The translations under genes were made by a program, and so were the position numbers. DNA of 64,000 nucleotides, from contig SCSN01000008.1 of NCBI GenBank assembly GCA_004322205.1, positions 18,370 through 82,369 of the forward strand, read 5' to 3'. The notes beneath the pieces are model-generated. The model did no database searches. It was not told where the DNA came from and was given only the letters and a program-made list of their open reading frames with translations. This DNA is from Patescibacteria group bacterium (lineage in GTDB: Bacteria > Patescibacteriota > Minisyncoccia > Phycocordibacterales > Zambryskibacteraceae). Every line of letters starts with the position of its first letter. The first letter of the stretch is position 1. This document shows, piece after piece, positions 20,538 to 28,994 of the stretch.

Positions 20538-21536
20538 CTAGGAAAGTGCTTTCGGCTGGTAATTCTCCGGTGCTTCCCGCACGATGCGCTCTATCTCCTC
20601 GCGAGAGAGAAGCCCGCGTTGGGCGCCGATATACTGCACAACAGACATGGCATTGACCGGCGCCCAGCGGAGGGCTTCTTCGACGTTCTTTCCTAGCGCT
20701 AGTGCGGCGGTGAAAGTTGAGGAAAAGGCATCGCCTGCCCCGGTTCGCTCAAAGGGGGGCTTGGGATCGGGATAGGGAGGCATAAAGAGAGTGCGCTCGC
20801 CATCGTAGCTATAGGCTCCTTTCGGTCCGTCAGTGATGACGACGAGCTTCGACCCCAAGCTGCGCAATTTCTCAAGAAGGGGGGCGATGTTCACTTCCTC
20901 AATAATGCCCAGGATCCGTTTTGCTTCGTCAACATTACAGAAAAGAACTTCAGCGTGCTTGTAGAGCTCACCAAGCCGTGAGGTGCCGAGTTTTATTTGA
21001 AATGTGCCCGGTTGAAAGGCGAGTTTGATAGTCGGATGCGCCGCCAAGTAACCGATAATTTCCTCGTGGTACGAGAGCGAGCTCGGTCCTAGTGAGGAGA
21101 GATAGATCCAAGCCGGCGTTCCAAAGTCCGGAAGCTTGTAGGCGAACTCCTGATGCTTAACTAAAATGGTGCGCTCGTCTTCGTACCAGAGCACGTAATG
21201 ATAGTTGGTTTCTTTGTGGCGGTGAGCAGTCATAAATTCAAGAGCGACACTGTTTCGCTTCAGGGTGGCGAGGCATTCGCCGCCGTTTTGGTCGTCGCCA
21301 ACATTAGCGACGAGCCCCGAGCGAAGCCCCAACCGCGCCGCTGCCACCGCAGCGTTAGGGCTATTGCCGACTGCCTGAACTACTTCCACAAATTCATAAG
21401 GAACTTTGTCGCCGAAGGAAACGCAGAGTTTGCATTTTTCGCGGTTGACGTCGCAGAAGACACTGGCGTCCTTGAGGCGAATGAACGCATCGGTGGTGAT
21501 GTCGCCGATGGCGACGAGGTCATAGTCTTTTGGCAT
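20538..21536 (-). CDS. PfkB family carbohydrate kinase
   Basis: GNSPNAAVAAARLG, ERTGAGDAF. Confidence 0.92.
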   Translation of the reverse strand: MPKDYDLVAIGDITTDAFIRLKDASVFCDVNREKCKLCVSFGDKVPYEFVEVVQAVGNSPNAAVAAARLGLRSGLVANVGDDQNGGECLATLKRNSVALEFMTAHRHKETNYHYVLWYEDERTILVKHQEFAYKLPDFGTPAWIYLSSLGPSSLSYHEEIIGYLAAHPTIKLAFQPGTFQIKLGTSRLGELYKHAEVLFCNVDEAKRILGIIEEVNIAPLLEKLRSLGSKLVVITDGPKGAYSYDGERTLFMPPYPDPKPPFERTGAGDAFSSTFTAALALGKNVEEALRWAPVNAMSVVQYIGAQRGLLSREEIERIVREAPENYQPKALS

Positions 21537-21644
21537 GCGTAAATTATACCAGTAATGAACAACTGACAACAAACAACATCAATTCTAAATTAAAGAACTC
21601 TGGTTGTTGGTTGTAAGTTGTTGGTTGTAAGTTAGAATATAGCT

Positions 21645-22514
21645 GTGAAAACTCTGCGCGACCATATTGCCGAAGCTGAAAATAAGCACACTGCGCTCGG
21701 CCACTTCAATATCGGGAACATCGAGGGGCTTTGGGCGATTGCCCGTGCCGCCAAAGCCGTCGGCGTGCCGGTCATTATCGGCGTCTCGGAGGGGGAGAGA
21801 GATTTTCTCGGCGTGCGGCAAGTCAGAGCCCTAGTAACTAGTGTTGCCGAGCAGCTCGGTTATCCCATCTTTCTCAACGCCGACCACACCTATTCGCTCG
21901 AGAAAATCAAAGAAGCGGTCGATGCCGGATTCGACTGCGTCATCATTGACGGCGCTAAACTTTCCTTTGAAGAGAATGTCAAAATTACCAAAGAAGCAGT
22001 CGAGTATGCCCGAGCCAAAAATCCTCATGTGCTTGTCGAAGGAGAGATTGGTTACATTGGCCAATCTTCGCAGCTTTTGGAGACGATTCCTCCGGGCGTC
22101 GCGCTCGATCCGGCCTCCCTTACTTCTCCGGAAGAAGCGAAGAAATTTGTTTCTCTAACCGGCATTGACCTCTTGGCGCCGGCTGTCGGCAATATCCACG
22201 GCATGCTCAAGGGAGGAGATGAGCCGAGCATTGATGTCAAGCGTGTTGCCGCTATCCGGGGAGAAGCAGGTATTCCGCTCGTTCTCCACGGCGGCTCGGG
22301 TAATTCCGACGAAGATTTTCTCAAGGCCATCAAGGCCGGAATCTCAATCATTCACATAAATACCGAGCTGCGGGTGGCTTTTCGCGATGCTGTCAAAAAG
22401 TCGCTCCAAGATGACCCGGACGAAGTGGCACCCTATAAAATCATGAAACCGGCGGTGCAAGCAATGCAGAAACTTGTTGAGCAGAAACTCAAACTATTTT
22501 CCGGACTCTCCTAA
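21645..22514 (+). CDS. fba: Class II fructose-bisphosphate aldolase
   Basis: LNADH, VEGEIG, GNIHG, LVLHGGSG. Confidence 0.94.
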   Translation: MKTLRDHIAEAENKHTALGHFNIGNIEGLWAIARAAKAVGVPVIIGVSEGERDFLGVRQVRALVTSVAEQLGYPIFLNADHTYSLEKIKEAVDAGFDCVIIDGAKLSFEENVKITKEAVEYARAKNPHVLVEGEIGYIGQSSQLLETIPPGVALDPASLTSPEEAKKFVSLTGIDLLAPAVGNIHGMLKGGDEPSIDVKRVAAIRGEAGIPLVLHGGSGNSDEDFLKAIKAGISIIHINTELRVAFRDAVKKSLQDDPDEVAPYKIMKPAVQAMQKLVEQKLKLFSGLS

Positions 22515-22515
22515 T

Positions 22516-24144
22516 ATGCGCCAGGAGCTTGAGCGAATTCTTGAGGGAAGAGTGGCTGACGATGAGACAACACTTGCAACCTACAGCCGCGACGCCAGTC
22601 TCTGCGAAGTCAAACCGCACCTCGTTGTTTTTCCCAGAGGCAGTGAAGACATTCAAAAGTTGGTGCGGTTTGTGTCAGAGCGTAAGACAAATGATCCAAC
22701 TCTCTCCATCACTGCACGTGCCGCCGGCAGCTGCATGTCGGGAGGACCGCTCGGTGAATCTATCATTCTCGACACCAGTCGCTACATGAGGGGAGTACCC
22801 AGCTTTGATGGATCAGTCGCCGAAGTTTTGCCGGGAACTTTTTATCGCGATTTTGAAAAAGAGACCTTGAGGCGAGGCCTTATCTTACCTTGCTATACCG
22901 CCTCAAAGGACCTCTGCGCTCTCGGCGGGATGATTGGCAACAATGCGGCGGGAGAAAAGACTCTTCGCTACGGCAAAATGGAGGATTATGTTGAGTCGCT
23001 TTCGGTAGTTTTTTCAGACGGCAACGAATATGAAGTCAGACTGCTCTCAAGTGGCGAGCTGAAACGCAAAATCTCTCAAAATGATTTTGAAGCAGAGATT
23101 TATCGTAAGGTCTTTGCGCTGATAGAAGAAAATCGGGAAGAAATTGAGCGCGCTCGCCCCAAGGTCTCAAAGAATTCGGCTGGCTACTATCTCTGGAATG
23201 TTTGGGACGGGCAAACTTTCAATCTGGTGAAGCTCTTGGTCGGCTCTCAAGGCACGCTTGGCATTGTGACGCGCGCCCGGCTTCGTCTGGTGCCGGTGAC
23301 TAAACACTCTCGGCTCTTTGTTATTTTTCTCAAGGACCTCTCTTGCTTAAGCGAGCTTGTCAACATCATCTTACGTTTCCGGCCGGAGTCGCTGGAGAGT
23401 TATGACGACTCCACTCTGCGGCTGGCGGTTCGCTTCTTCCCAGAAATGGTTGGTCTTATGAAGGGAGGGCTTGTCAAGCTGCTCTGGAGCTTTCTTCCCG
23501 AGATTGCCATGGTTTTAACCGGCGGCGTGCCGAAACTTGTGCTTCTCGCCGAGTTTACGGGCGAAACAAACGAGGCTATTGAGCGCACCATGCATACTCT
23601 CGAGAACACTTTACTTGTCTATAAACTGCAGATGCATGTCACTAAGACCGAGGATGAGGCGGGAAAGTACTGGACAATTCGGCGGCAGAGCTTTAATCTC
23701 TTGCGCCGTCACATCCGCGGCAAGCGCACCGCCCCTTTCGTTGACGATGTGGTGGTTGATCCCAAATATCTTCCGGAGTTTCTGCCGAGAATGAGAGCGA
23801 TTTTGGATGAATACAAACTTGTCTATACCATAGCCGGCCATGCCGGCAACGGCAATTTTCACATCATTCCGCTTATGGATATGCGCGACTGCCGCAACGT
23901 CTCTATTATTCTCGAAGTTTCTGACAAGGTCTATGATTTGGTCGCCCGCTACGGCGGCTCAATCACCGCCGAGCACAATGACGGCATCATTCGCACGCCG
24001 TATTTGGGGAAAATGTTTTCTCCGAAAATGCTCGAGCTTTTTGCCGAAGTAAAAAACATCTTCGACCCGCGGAACATCTTTAATCCTGGCAAAAAGGTTG
24101 GCGGTTCAGTCGAGTATTTGAAAGAGCATATATCAGGAAAATAG
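22516..24144 (+). CDS. FAD-binding oxidoreductase (GlcD/D-2-hydroxyacid dehydrogenase-like)
   Basis: GGMIGNNAAG, GSQGTLG, HAGNGNFH, AEHNDG, FNPGK. Confidence 0.9.
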   Translation: MRQELERILEGRVADDETTLATYSRDASLCEVKPHLVVFPRGSEDIQKLVRFVSERKTNDPTLSITARAAGSCMSGGPLGESIILDTSRYMRGVPSFDGSVAEVLPGTFYRDFEKETLRRGLILPCYTASKDLCALGGMIGNNAAGEKTLRYGKMEDYVESLSVVFSDGNEYEVRLLSSGELKRKISQNDFEAEIYRKVFALIEENREEIERARPKVSKNSAGYYLWNVWDGQTFNLVKLLVGSQGTLGIVTRARLRLVPVTKHSRLFVIFLKDLSCLSELVNIILRFRPESLESYDDSTLRLAVRFFPEMVGLMKGGLVKLLWSFLPEIAMVLTGGVPKLVLLAEFTGETNEAIERTMHTLENTLLVYKLQMHVTKTEDEAGKYWTIRRQSFNLLRRHIRGKRTAPFVDDVVVDPKYLPEFLPRMRAILDEYKLVYTIAGHAGNGNFHIIPLMDMRDCRNVSIILEVSDKVYDLVARYGGSITAEHNDGIIRTPYLGKMFSPKMLELFAEVKNIFDPRNIFNPGKKVGGSVEYLKEHISGK

Positions 24145-24182
24145 AGCCTAAAAATAGGAGTAGATTTGGGCACATAATTCTA

Positions 24183-24366
24183 TTAACAAACTATAAGTTT
24201 GGGTGTATGATGTTAAGTAGGTAGAACCTTGAGAAAGCTACTTGTATTTATGTACAGCTTTGAGAGTGGTTCCTCGAACTTCTTTCCAAGCTGTACATAA
24301 CAGGCCCGCTCTAGGTCCCGGCATTTGGTCGGAGCTTACGGGTGAGCCACAAACAAGGAGAAAGTC
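24183..24366 (+). promoter_or_regulatory. Promoter and structured 5' leader of the 24367 gene
   Basis: TTAACA-N17-TATGAT; perfect 13-bp IR 24248-24260/24288-24300; GGGTGAGCC-AC-AAACAAGGAG. Confidence 0.55.
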
Positions 24367-24984
24367 ATGACCGCCAAGGCCGTGACAACCGCGCAGTTAG
24401 AGCAGATCCGCAAGATGGCGAAGGAGAAGGGCGTCAGCCGCGACCAGTTCCAGCTGGGGCTCGACAACGGAATGTTCGCACGCACCCTCGACGAGCTCAT
24501 CGTCGGCAAGGTGACGGAAACACCAACGGGCCTCTTCCGCCTCGCCGTGGACTGGGGTCGGACGACCGAGGAGATGGTCCGGGCGTGCCAGTACGACTGT
24601 GCCAACCCGGATATCACCGAGGAACACTTCCCCCGGCCGCGCACGAGCGGCGTCGTGAAGGGCGACTACAAGCTCTTTCACTTCAACCGCAATATCTCAT
24701 CGGACCAGGCTGTCCGCGAGATACGCGCCGAGGGCTTCGAGCTTACCGGAGCGCACGAGATCCTCGTCTTCAGGGAGAAGTTCCCCGAGGAGCAGCGGAA
24801 GTTCACCATCGTTGGCCTCGGCGATCCCCTCTGGCGGCGGGACCGGTACGGCTACCGGCACGTGGTTGTGCTCCGCAGGCACGAGGCGCGCCGCTCCGCT
24901 GACCTGACCCTCTGGGAGGTCGTCTGGCCTCCGCTCTACCGCTTCCTCGCCCGTCGCCTGCCTGCCGGACAGGCAGGCAAGTAG
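24367..24984 (+). CDS. Hypothetical protein with DGR-target-like (CLec-like) C-terminus
   Basis: SD AAGGAG; strong GC3 bias; ends ...W...YRFLAR; hairpin 25031-25056 downstream. Confidence 0.75.
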   Translation: MTAKAVTTAQLEQIRKMAKEKGVSRDQFQLGLDNGMFARTLDELIVGKVTETPTGLFRLAVDWGRTTEEMVRACQYDCANPDITEEHFPRPRTSGVVKGDYKLFHFNRNISSDQAVREIRAEGFELTGAHEILVFREKFPEEQRKFTIVGLGDPLWRRDRYGYRHVVVLRRHEARRSADLTLWEVVWPPLYRFLARRLPAGQAGK

Positions 24985-25128
24985 GACCTGGGTCCTAGGA
25001 AAACGGAGCTTCTGGAATTCTAGACCCTCGGCCCGCGTGTCTAACGATGCGCGGGCTTTTGCTATGTAAGAGCTTTAAAATCTCCTAAAATTTTGATTTC
25101 TATAACTTTATCTGTATAATACTCCGGC

Positions 25129-25815
25129 ATGTTGGAACTTCAGGTTGAAAAGAGAGAAAAAGCAGGAAAAGTCGAAGGATTGCGCCGAGGAGGCGTGATG
25201 CCGGCAGTTCTCTATGGTAAAAAACAATCCTCGATACCAATTTCAATTTCCTACCGTGATTTTTTGAAGGTTTGGAAGAAGGCGGGAGAGTCGGCGGTGG
25301 TGACGCTCAAGGAGAAGGACGGGAAAACCTTTGACGCCCTGATTCACGATGTTGATATTGATCCGGTAACGGGAAGCCCGCGCCACGCGGACTTTTATGT
25401 TTTTGAAGCGGGACACAGGGTGAGAGTGTCGGTGCCTCTTGAATTCGTAGGTGTTGCCCCCGGCGTAAAAGACCACGGCGGTCTCTTGGTAAAAGTTTTG
25501 CACGAGTTTAAAGTTGAAGCGATGCCAAAAGATTTGCCGGTTCAGCTTGAAGTGGACATCTCCAAACTTGAAGCTATCGGCAATCAACTGCTCGCCAAAG
25601 ATATTGCTATGCCTGCCGGTGTAACAGCGCTTGAAAGTCCAGATGAGATCACGGCACTCGTTGCCGAGCCGAAGAAAGAGAAGGAAGAAGCTCCCGCCGA
25701 GCCGGTTGATCTCTCTGCTATTGAAGTTGAGAAGAAGGGAAAGGAAAAAGAAGGAGAGGAGGAGACAGCTCCAGGGAAAGCCTCAGGAGAAGTGGCAAAA
25801 AAAGCAGAGAAGTGA
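25129..25815 (+). CDS. rplY: 50S ribosomal protein L25/Ctc
   Basis: PAVLYG, HADFY, GVAPGVK. Confidence 0.94.
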   Translation: MLELQVEKREKAGKVEGLRRGGVMPAVLYGKKQSSIPISISYRDFLKVWKKAGESAVVTLKEKDGKTFDALIHDVDIDPVTGSPRHADFYVFEAGHRVRVSVPLEFVGVAPGVKDHGGLLVKVLHEFKVEAMPKDLPVQLEVDISKLEAIGNQLLAKDIAMPAGVTALESPDEITALVAEPKKEKEEAPAEPVDLSAIEVEKKGKEKEGEEETAPGKASGEVAKKAEK

Positions 25816-25827
25816 GTTATTTGCAGG

Positions 25828-25859
25828 AAAGAAAAGACGGCGCAAGCCGTCTTTTCTTT
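25828..25859. terminator. Intrinsic terminator after rplY
   Basis: AAAGAAAAGACGGC-GCAA-GCCGTCTTTTCTTT. Confidence 0.8.
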
Positions 25860-25900
25860 ATGTCTATTGCCAGTACTTGGTATAATTGAAAGCACGCCGT

Positions 25901-27304
25901 ATGACCAATACTCGCCAACGCGCCGTGGTGAAACTTGCGCCTTTGTTTCTGTTCATTCTCTCTCTTCTCTTTCTGCCGTTTGTTTCTTCTGCCCAGACCC
26001 TGACAGAGCAGCGGATTGCCGACCAAGAAACGAAACTCCGCGCCGAATACGACGCTCTCCAGAAAGAAATCGAGAAGTGGCAGGGGATTCTCACTGAAAC
26101 ACAGAAAAAGGCAAGCACCTTGCAAGGTGATATTTCCTTTTTGAACGCCAAAATCAAGGAGGCGGAGCTTACCATCAAAGCAAAAAACATTGCCATCGGG
26201 CAACTGGCTAAGGAAATCGGAGTCAAGACCAAAAAAATTGGTGAACTTGAGGGGAAGCTCGCGCGGGGCAGGCAGTCCCTCGCTGAACTCATCCGCAAGA
26301 CCAATGAACTCGATTCATATTCGCTGCCCGAAGCAATTCTTACGAATAAAGATCTTTCCGAGTTCTTTAAAGATTTTGATTCATATTTGTCGATTAAGAG
26401 TGCTCTGCAAGAGCATTTTGCTGAAGTTCGGCAAGTTAAAAAACAGACCGAAGCGGAACGGGAGCAACTTGACGTCAAAAAAAATCAGGAGACTGACGCC
26501 AAGTATGTAGTGGAGAGCCGCAAGAAAGTCATCGGTCAAAGCCAGAAAGAAAAAACGCAGCTGCTTACCGTAACAAAGCAAGAAGAAAAAACCTATCAGA
26601 CGGTTTTGGCTGAACGACAGAAGCGGGCGGCGCAAATCCGAGCGGCGCTCTTCCGTCTTCGCGACACTGAAGGCATTCCTTTCGGCAAAGCTCTCGAGTA
26701 TGCAGGCCTTGCTTCCTCAAAAACAGGTGTTCGGCCGGCTCTTATTCTCGCCATTCTTTCGCAGGAGTCCGACTTAGGAAAAAACCAGGGCTCCTGCATT
26801 CTCTCAAGTCTTACGACTGGCGATGGAGTAGGGAAGAATACGGGCACATTTTTTGAAAAAGTTATGAAAGCGCCGCGCGACACGGAGCCGTTTGAGAACA
26901 TTACCAAACAGCTGGGGAGGGAATGGACCTTGACGCCAGTTTCTTGTCCGCCCGGGACGACATATTCCACGAGCCGCGGCTACGGCGGCGGCATGGGCCC
27001 CTCGCAGTTCATCCCCTCCACCTGGGAGCTCTTCAAGGAGCGCATTGGGAGTATTATCGGACTCGGTGCTGACAGCCTTGATCCTTGGAATCCGGAGCAT
27101 TCGTTCGTGGCGACGGCAATTTATCTCTCTGATTTGGGGGCGGCTGGCGACGGGTATTCGGCGGAGCGCAATGCGGCCTGCAAATATTATTCCGGCGCCT
27201 CTTGCCGAGCGGGGCGCAAGCCACCCAATGTTTTTTACGGCGATTCAGTGATGCAGAAAGCGGAGGAGATACAAAGTAATATCGACTTTTTGAAGGGGGT
27301 TTAA
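25901..27304 (+). CDS. Secreted coiled-coil protein with C-terminal lytic transglycosylase domain
   Basis: Signal peptide, long heptad region, ILSQES catalytic Glu, GGMGPSQFIPSTW, DPW. Confidence 0.85.
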   Translation: MTNTRQRAVVKLAPLFLFILSLLFLPFVSSAQTLTEQRIADQETKLRAEYDALQKEIEKWQGILTETQKKASTLQGDISFLNAKIKEAELTIKAKNIAIGQLAKEIGVKTKKIGELEGKLARGRQSLAELIRKTNELDSYSLPEAILTNKDLSEFFKDFDSYLSIKSALQEHFAEVRQVKKQTEAEREQLDVKKNQETDAKYVVESRKKVIGQSQKEKTQLLTVTKQEEKTYQTVLAERQKRAAQIRAALFRLRDTEGIPFGKALEYAGLASSKTGVRPALILAILSQESDLGKNQGSCILSSLTTGDGVGKNTGTFFEKVMKAPRDTEPFENITKQLGREWTLTPVSCPPGTTYSTSRGYGGGMGPSQFIPSTWELFKERIGSIIGLGADSLDPWNPEHSFVATAIYLSDLGAAGDGYSAERNAACKYYSGASCRAGRKPPNVFYGDSVMQKAEEIQSNIDFLKGV

Positions 27305-27336
27305 AAGAGCTTCTTAGCTAGTTAGCTTATTAGAAA

Positions 27337-27382
27337 CTGCACACCAAAAAATGGCTCAAAAGAGCCATTTTTTGGTGTGCAG
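27337..27382. terminator. 21-bp perfect inverted repeat (likely terminator)
   Basis: CTGCACACCAAAAAATGGCTC-AAAA-GAGCCATTTTTTGGTGTGCAG. Confidence 0.75.
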
Positions 27383-27436
27383 GCAAAGAAAATGCAAAAA
27401 TTATTGACAGAAAACACTGATATGCTATAATTAGTT

Positions 27437-27796
27437 GGAGATCAGTTCGGGGAGGTAAGTAAGCCGCAAGGCCGAAATTCCCCTTCGAGCGTAAGTCCTT
27501 AGGTTGCTCTATTCGTCGGAGCGCCGGGCAGCAAGGTGGGGTCCTCTCTTCTAACGGTGCGTTTGTGTAGGAGATGGTAAGTTATCGGCCTGACGCGGCA
27601 GCCGGTTCGGCGCCCGCGCCCAGTGCGTCCAGCCTAACAAAGAGGGCGGGACGGATGAACGGAGCCCCCGCGGGGCACATCCTCTGGAGTGTATCGTTCC
27701 ACTCCCCGGTAACTAGCCAAGTCTAGACTCTCCCACGCAAACGTGCTGGGGCCTCGTCGCAGTCGTAGTTGACCGCGGCGGGGCCTCTTTGTTTTT
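27437..27796 (+). ncRNA. Candidate large structured ncRNA 1 (unknown family)
   Basis: TTGACA-N16-TATAAT promoter; no ORF of 60 aa or more; many helices with G-U pairs favouring the + strand; terminal hairpin plus U tract. Confidence 0.6.
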
Positions 27797-27874
27797 ATTA
27801 TATTCTGTATTGTGCTTTACTGTCACTGTACTAGAGTACTAGAAATTTAATATCTTAATATCCCAGCAGTAGTC

Positions 27875-27900
27875 TTAGTATATCATATATGATGCATTAA
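27875..27900. repeat. TATCATATATGATA-core palindrome, copy 1 (imperfect)
   Basis: TTAGTATATCATATATGATGCATTAA. Confidence 0.65.
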
Positions 27901-28029
27901 GAAACTCGCAAGAAACTGGCTGTTAGGCGAGTTTTTAGCTTTTGGTTCCAAATTGAAACTATTGAAACTACTGCCTCTTGCTTCCATGACTTATGTTTTC
28001 GCCGCGTCTCCGCTTTTTACACCTTCTCC

Positions 28030-28413
28030 TTGACAGGCGTCTTTGGGTTGCTATGGTTGGACTAGAGGCTCTTGTGCGCCGTGTGAGCAGAAGGGTCAGT
28101 GACTGCGGACGGAGAACTTCAGCGCGTCTCTCCTGGGCACCGGCGCACACAAAAAGACTGGGCAACAGCAGTCTAAGAGCTCATAACCCCGATGGTTGTG
28201 GTGTTCTCGCACCCGTTGTCCAGCCACAATCGTGCTTGTGTCTCGCACACTTTCTTGGGCGAAAGACAATGCGACTCTTGCTTCGGCGAGGGGGGAATGT
28301 AGGTATGGACGGAGCAGTTCCAGCCCAGCGTGGCGCTCGCCACGCACTCCAGGCTTACAAAACCAGCACAGGCATGGACCCCCACGCACGCCACCGTGGG
28401 GGTCTGTCTTTTT
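28030..28413 (+). ncRNA. Candidate large structured ncRNA 2 (unknown family)
   Basis: Nested helices, C(UUCG)G hairpin 28275-28292, terminator 28377-28413; overlapping ORFs are not protein-like. Confidence 0.5.
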
Positions 28414-28516
28414 CTGTCGGGGTGCAGGGCTTTCGGCAAGGTTTGAACGTAAAGATCGAAGCGCGAAAATTTCGCGGGAAACACAGAAAAAGCAAGAAAC
28501 CATGAAACTCTCCTTT

Positions 28517-28544
28517 CTTAGTCTATCATATATGATAGACTAAG
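28517..28544. repeat. TATCATATATGATA-core palindrome, copy 2 (perfect, 28 bp)
   Basis: CTTAGTCTATCATATATGATAGACTAAG. Confidence 0.75.
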
Positions 28545-28650
28545 CGTGCAAAAGACAAGAAAGTTTAAGAAAACTGTTGGATTCGCGGCGATAGGTGTAG
28601 GTCAAGTGCCACCCTTGCTTTTTATTTTAAGATTGTTATATTCAGCTCGC

Positions 28651-28869
28651 ATGAAAAAAGACATCCATCCTCAATATTTTGATAAGGCAAATGTCGTCTG
28701 CGCCTGCGGCAATACTTTTACCATTGGCTCGACAAAAGAACGAATCGAGGTGGAAATCTGCAGCGCCTGCCACCCCTTTTACACCGGCACCGAGAAAATC
28801 ATTGACTCCGCCGGACGAGTTGAGAAATTCAAATCCAGGCGCGCCAAAGCGGCAAAGAGCAAGAAATAA
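28651..28869 (+). CDS. rpmE: 50S ribosomal protein L31 (zinc-binding type)
   Basis: [23 protein letters not shown]. Confidence 0.96.
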   Translation: MKKDIHPQYFDKANVVCACGNTFTIGSTKERIEVEICSACHPFYTGTEKIIDSAGRVEKFKSRRAKAAKSKK

Positions 28870-28994
28870 CTAATAACGAGCGACAAACGACCGACCCCAA
28901 ACGAAATGACGACTGGCAGCGAGCTATTTCGTACGGGGCAGGCGACTGGCGACCTTAAAATCTTGCATTTGTCTTGTTTGTTGTTGGTTGAGAT

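Noticed and set aside
24342-24902. Alternative-frame ORFs over the GC-rich genes (also 43651-44130, 43928-44218)
   Set aside because: By-products of high GC3; only the SD-led frames look protein-like.
27455-27480. Hammerhead ribozyme core (stem-GCAA-stem followed by GAAA)
   Set aside because: The required CTGANGA is absent; AGTA/GAA fits a loop-E-like motif better.
27548-27557. Third copy of the CTTCTAACGG terminal repeat
   Set aside because: Only 10 nt match and no partner inverted repeat nearby; may be chance.
27993-28543. Plus-strand ORFs of 170 and 115 aa
   Set aside because: Arg/Ser/Pro-rich, no motifs or SD, and both read through a terminator; the region is better explained by RNA structure.
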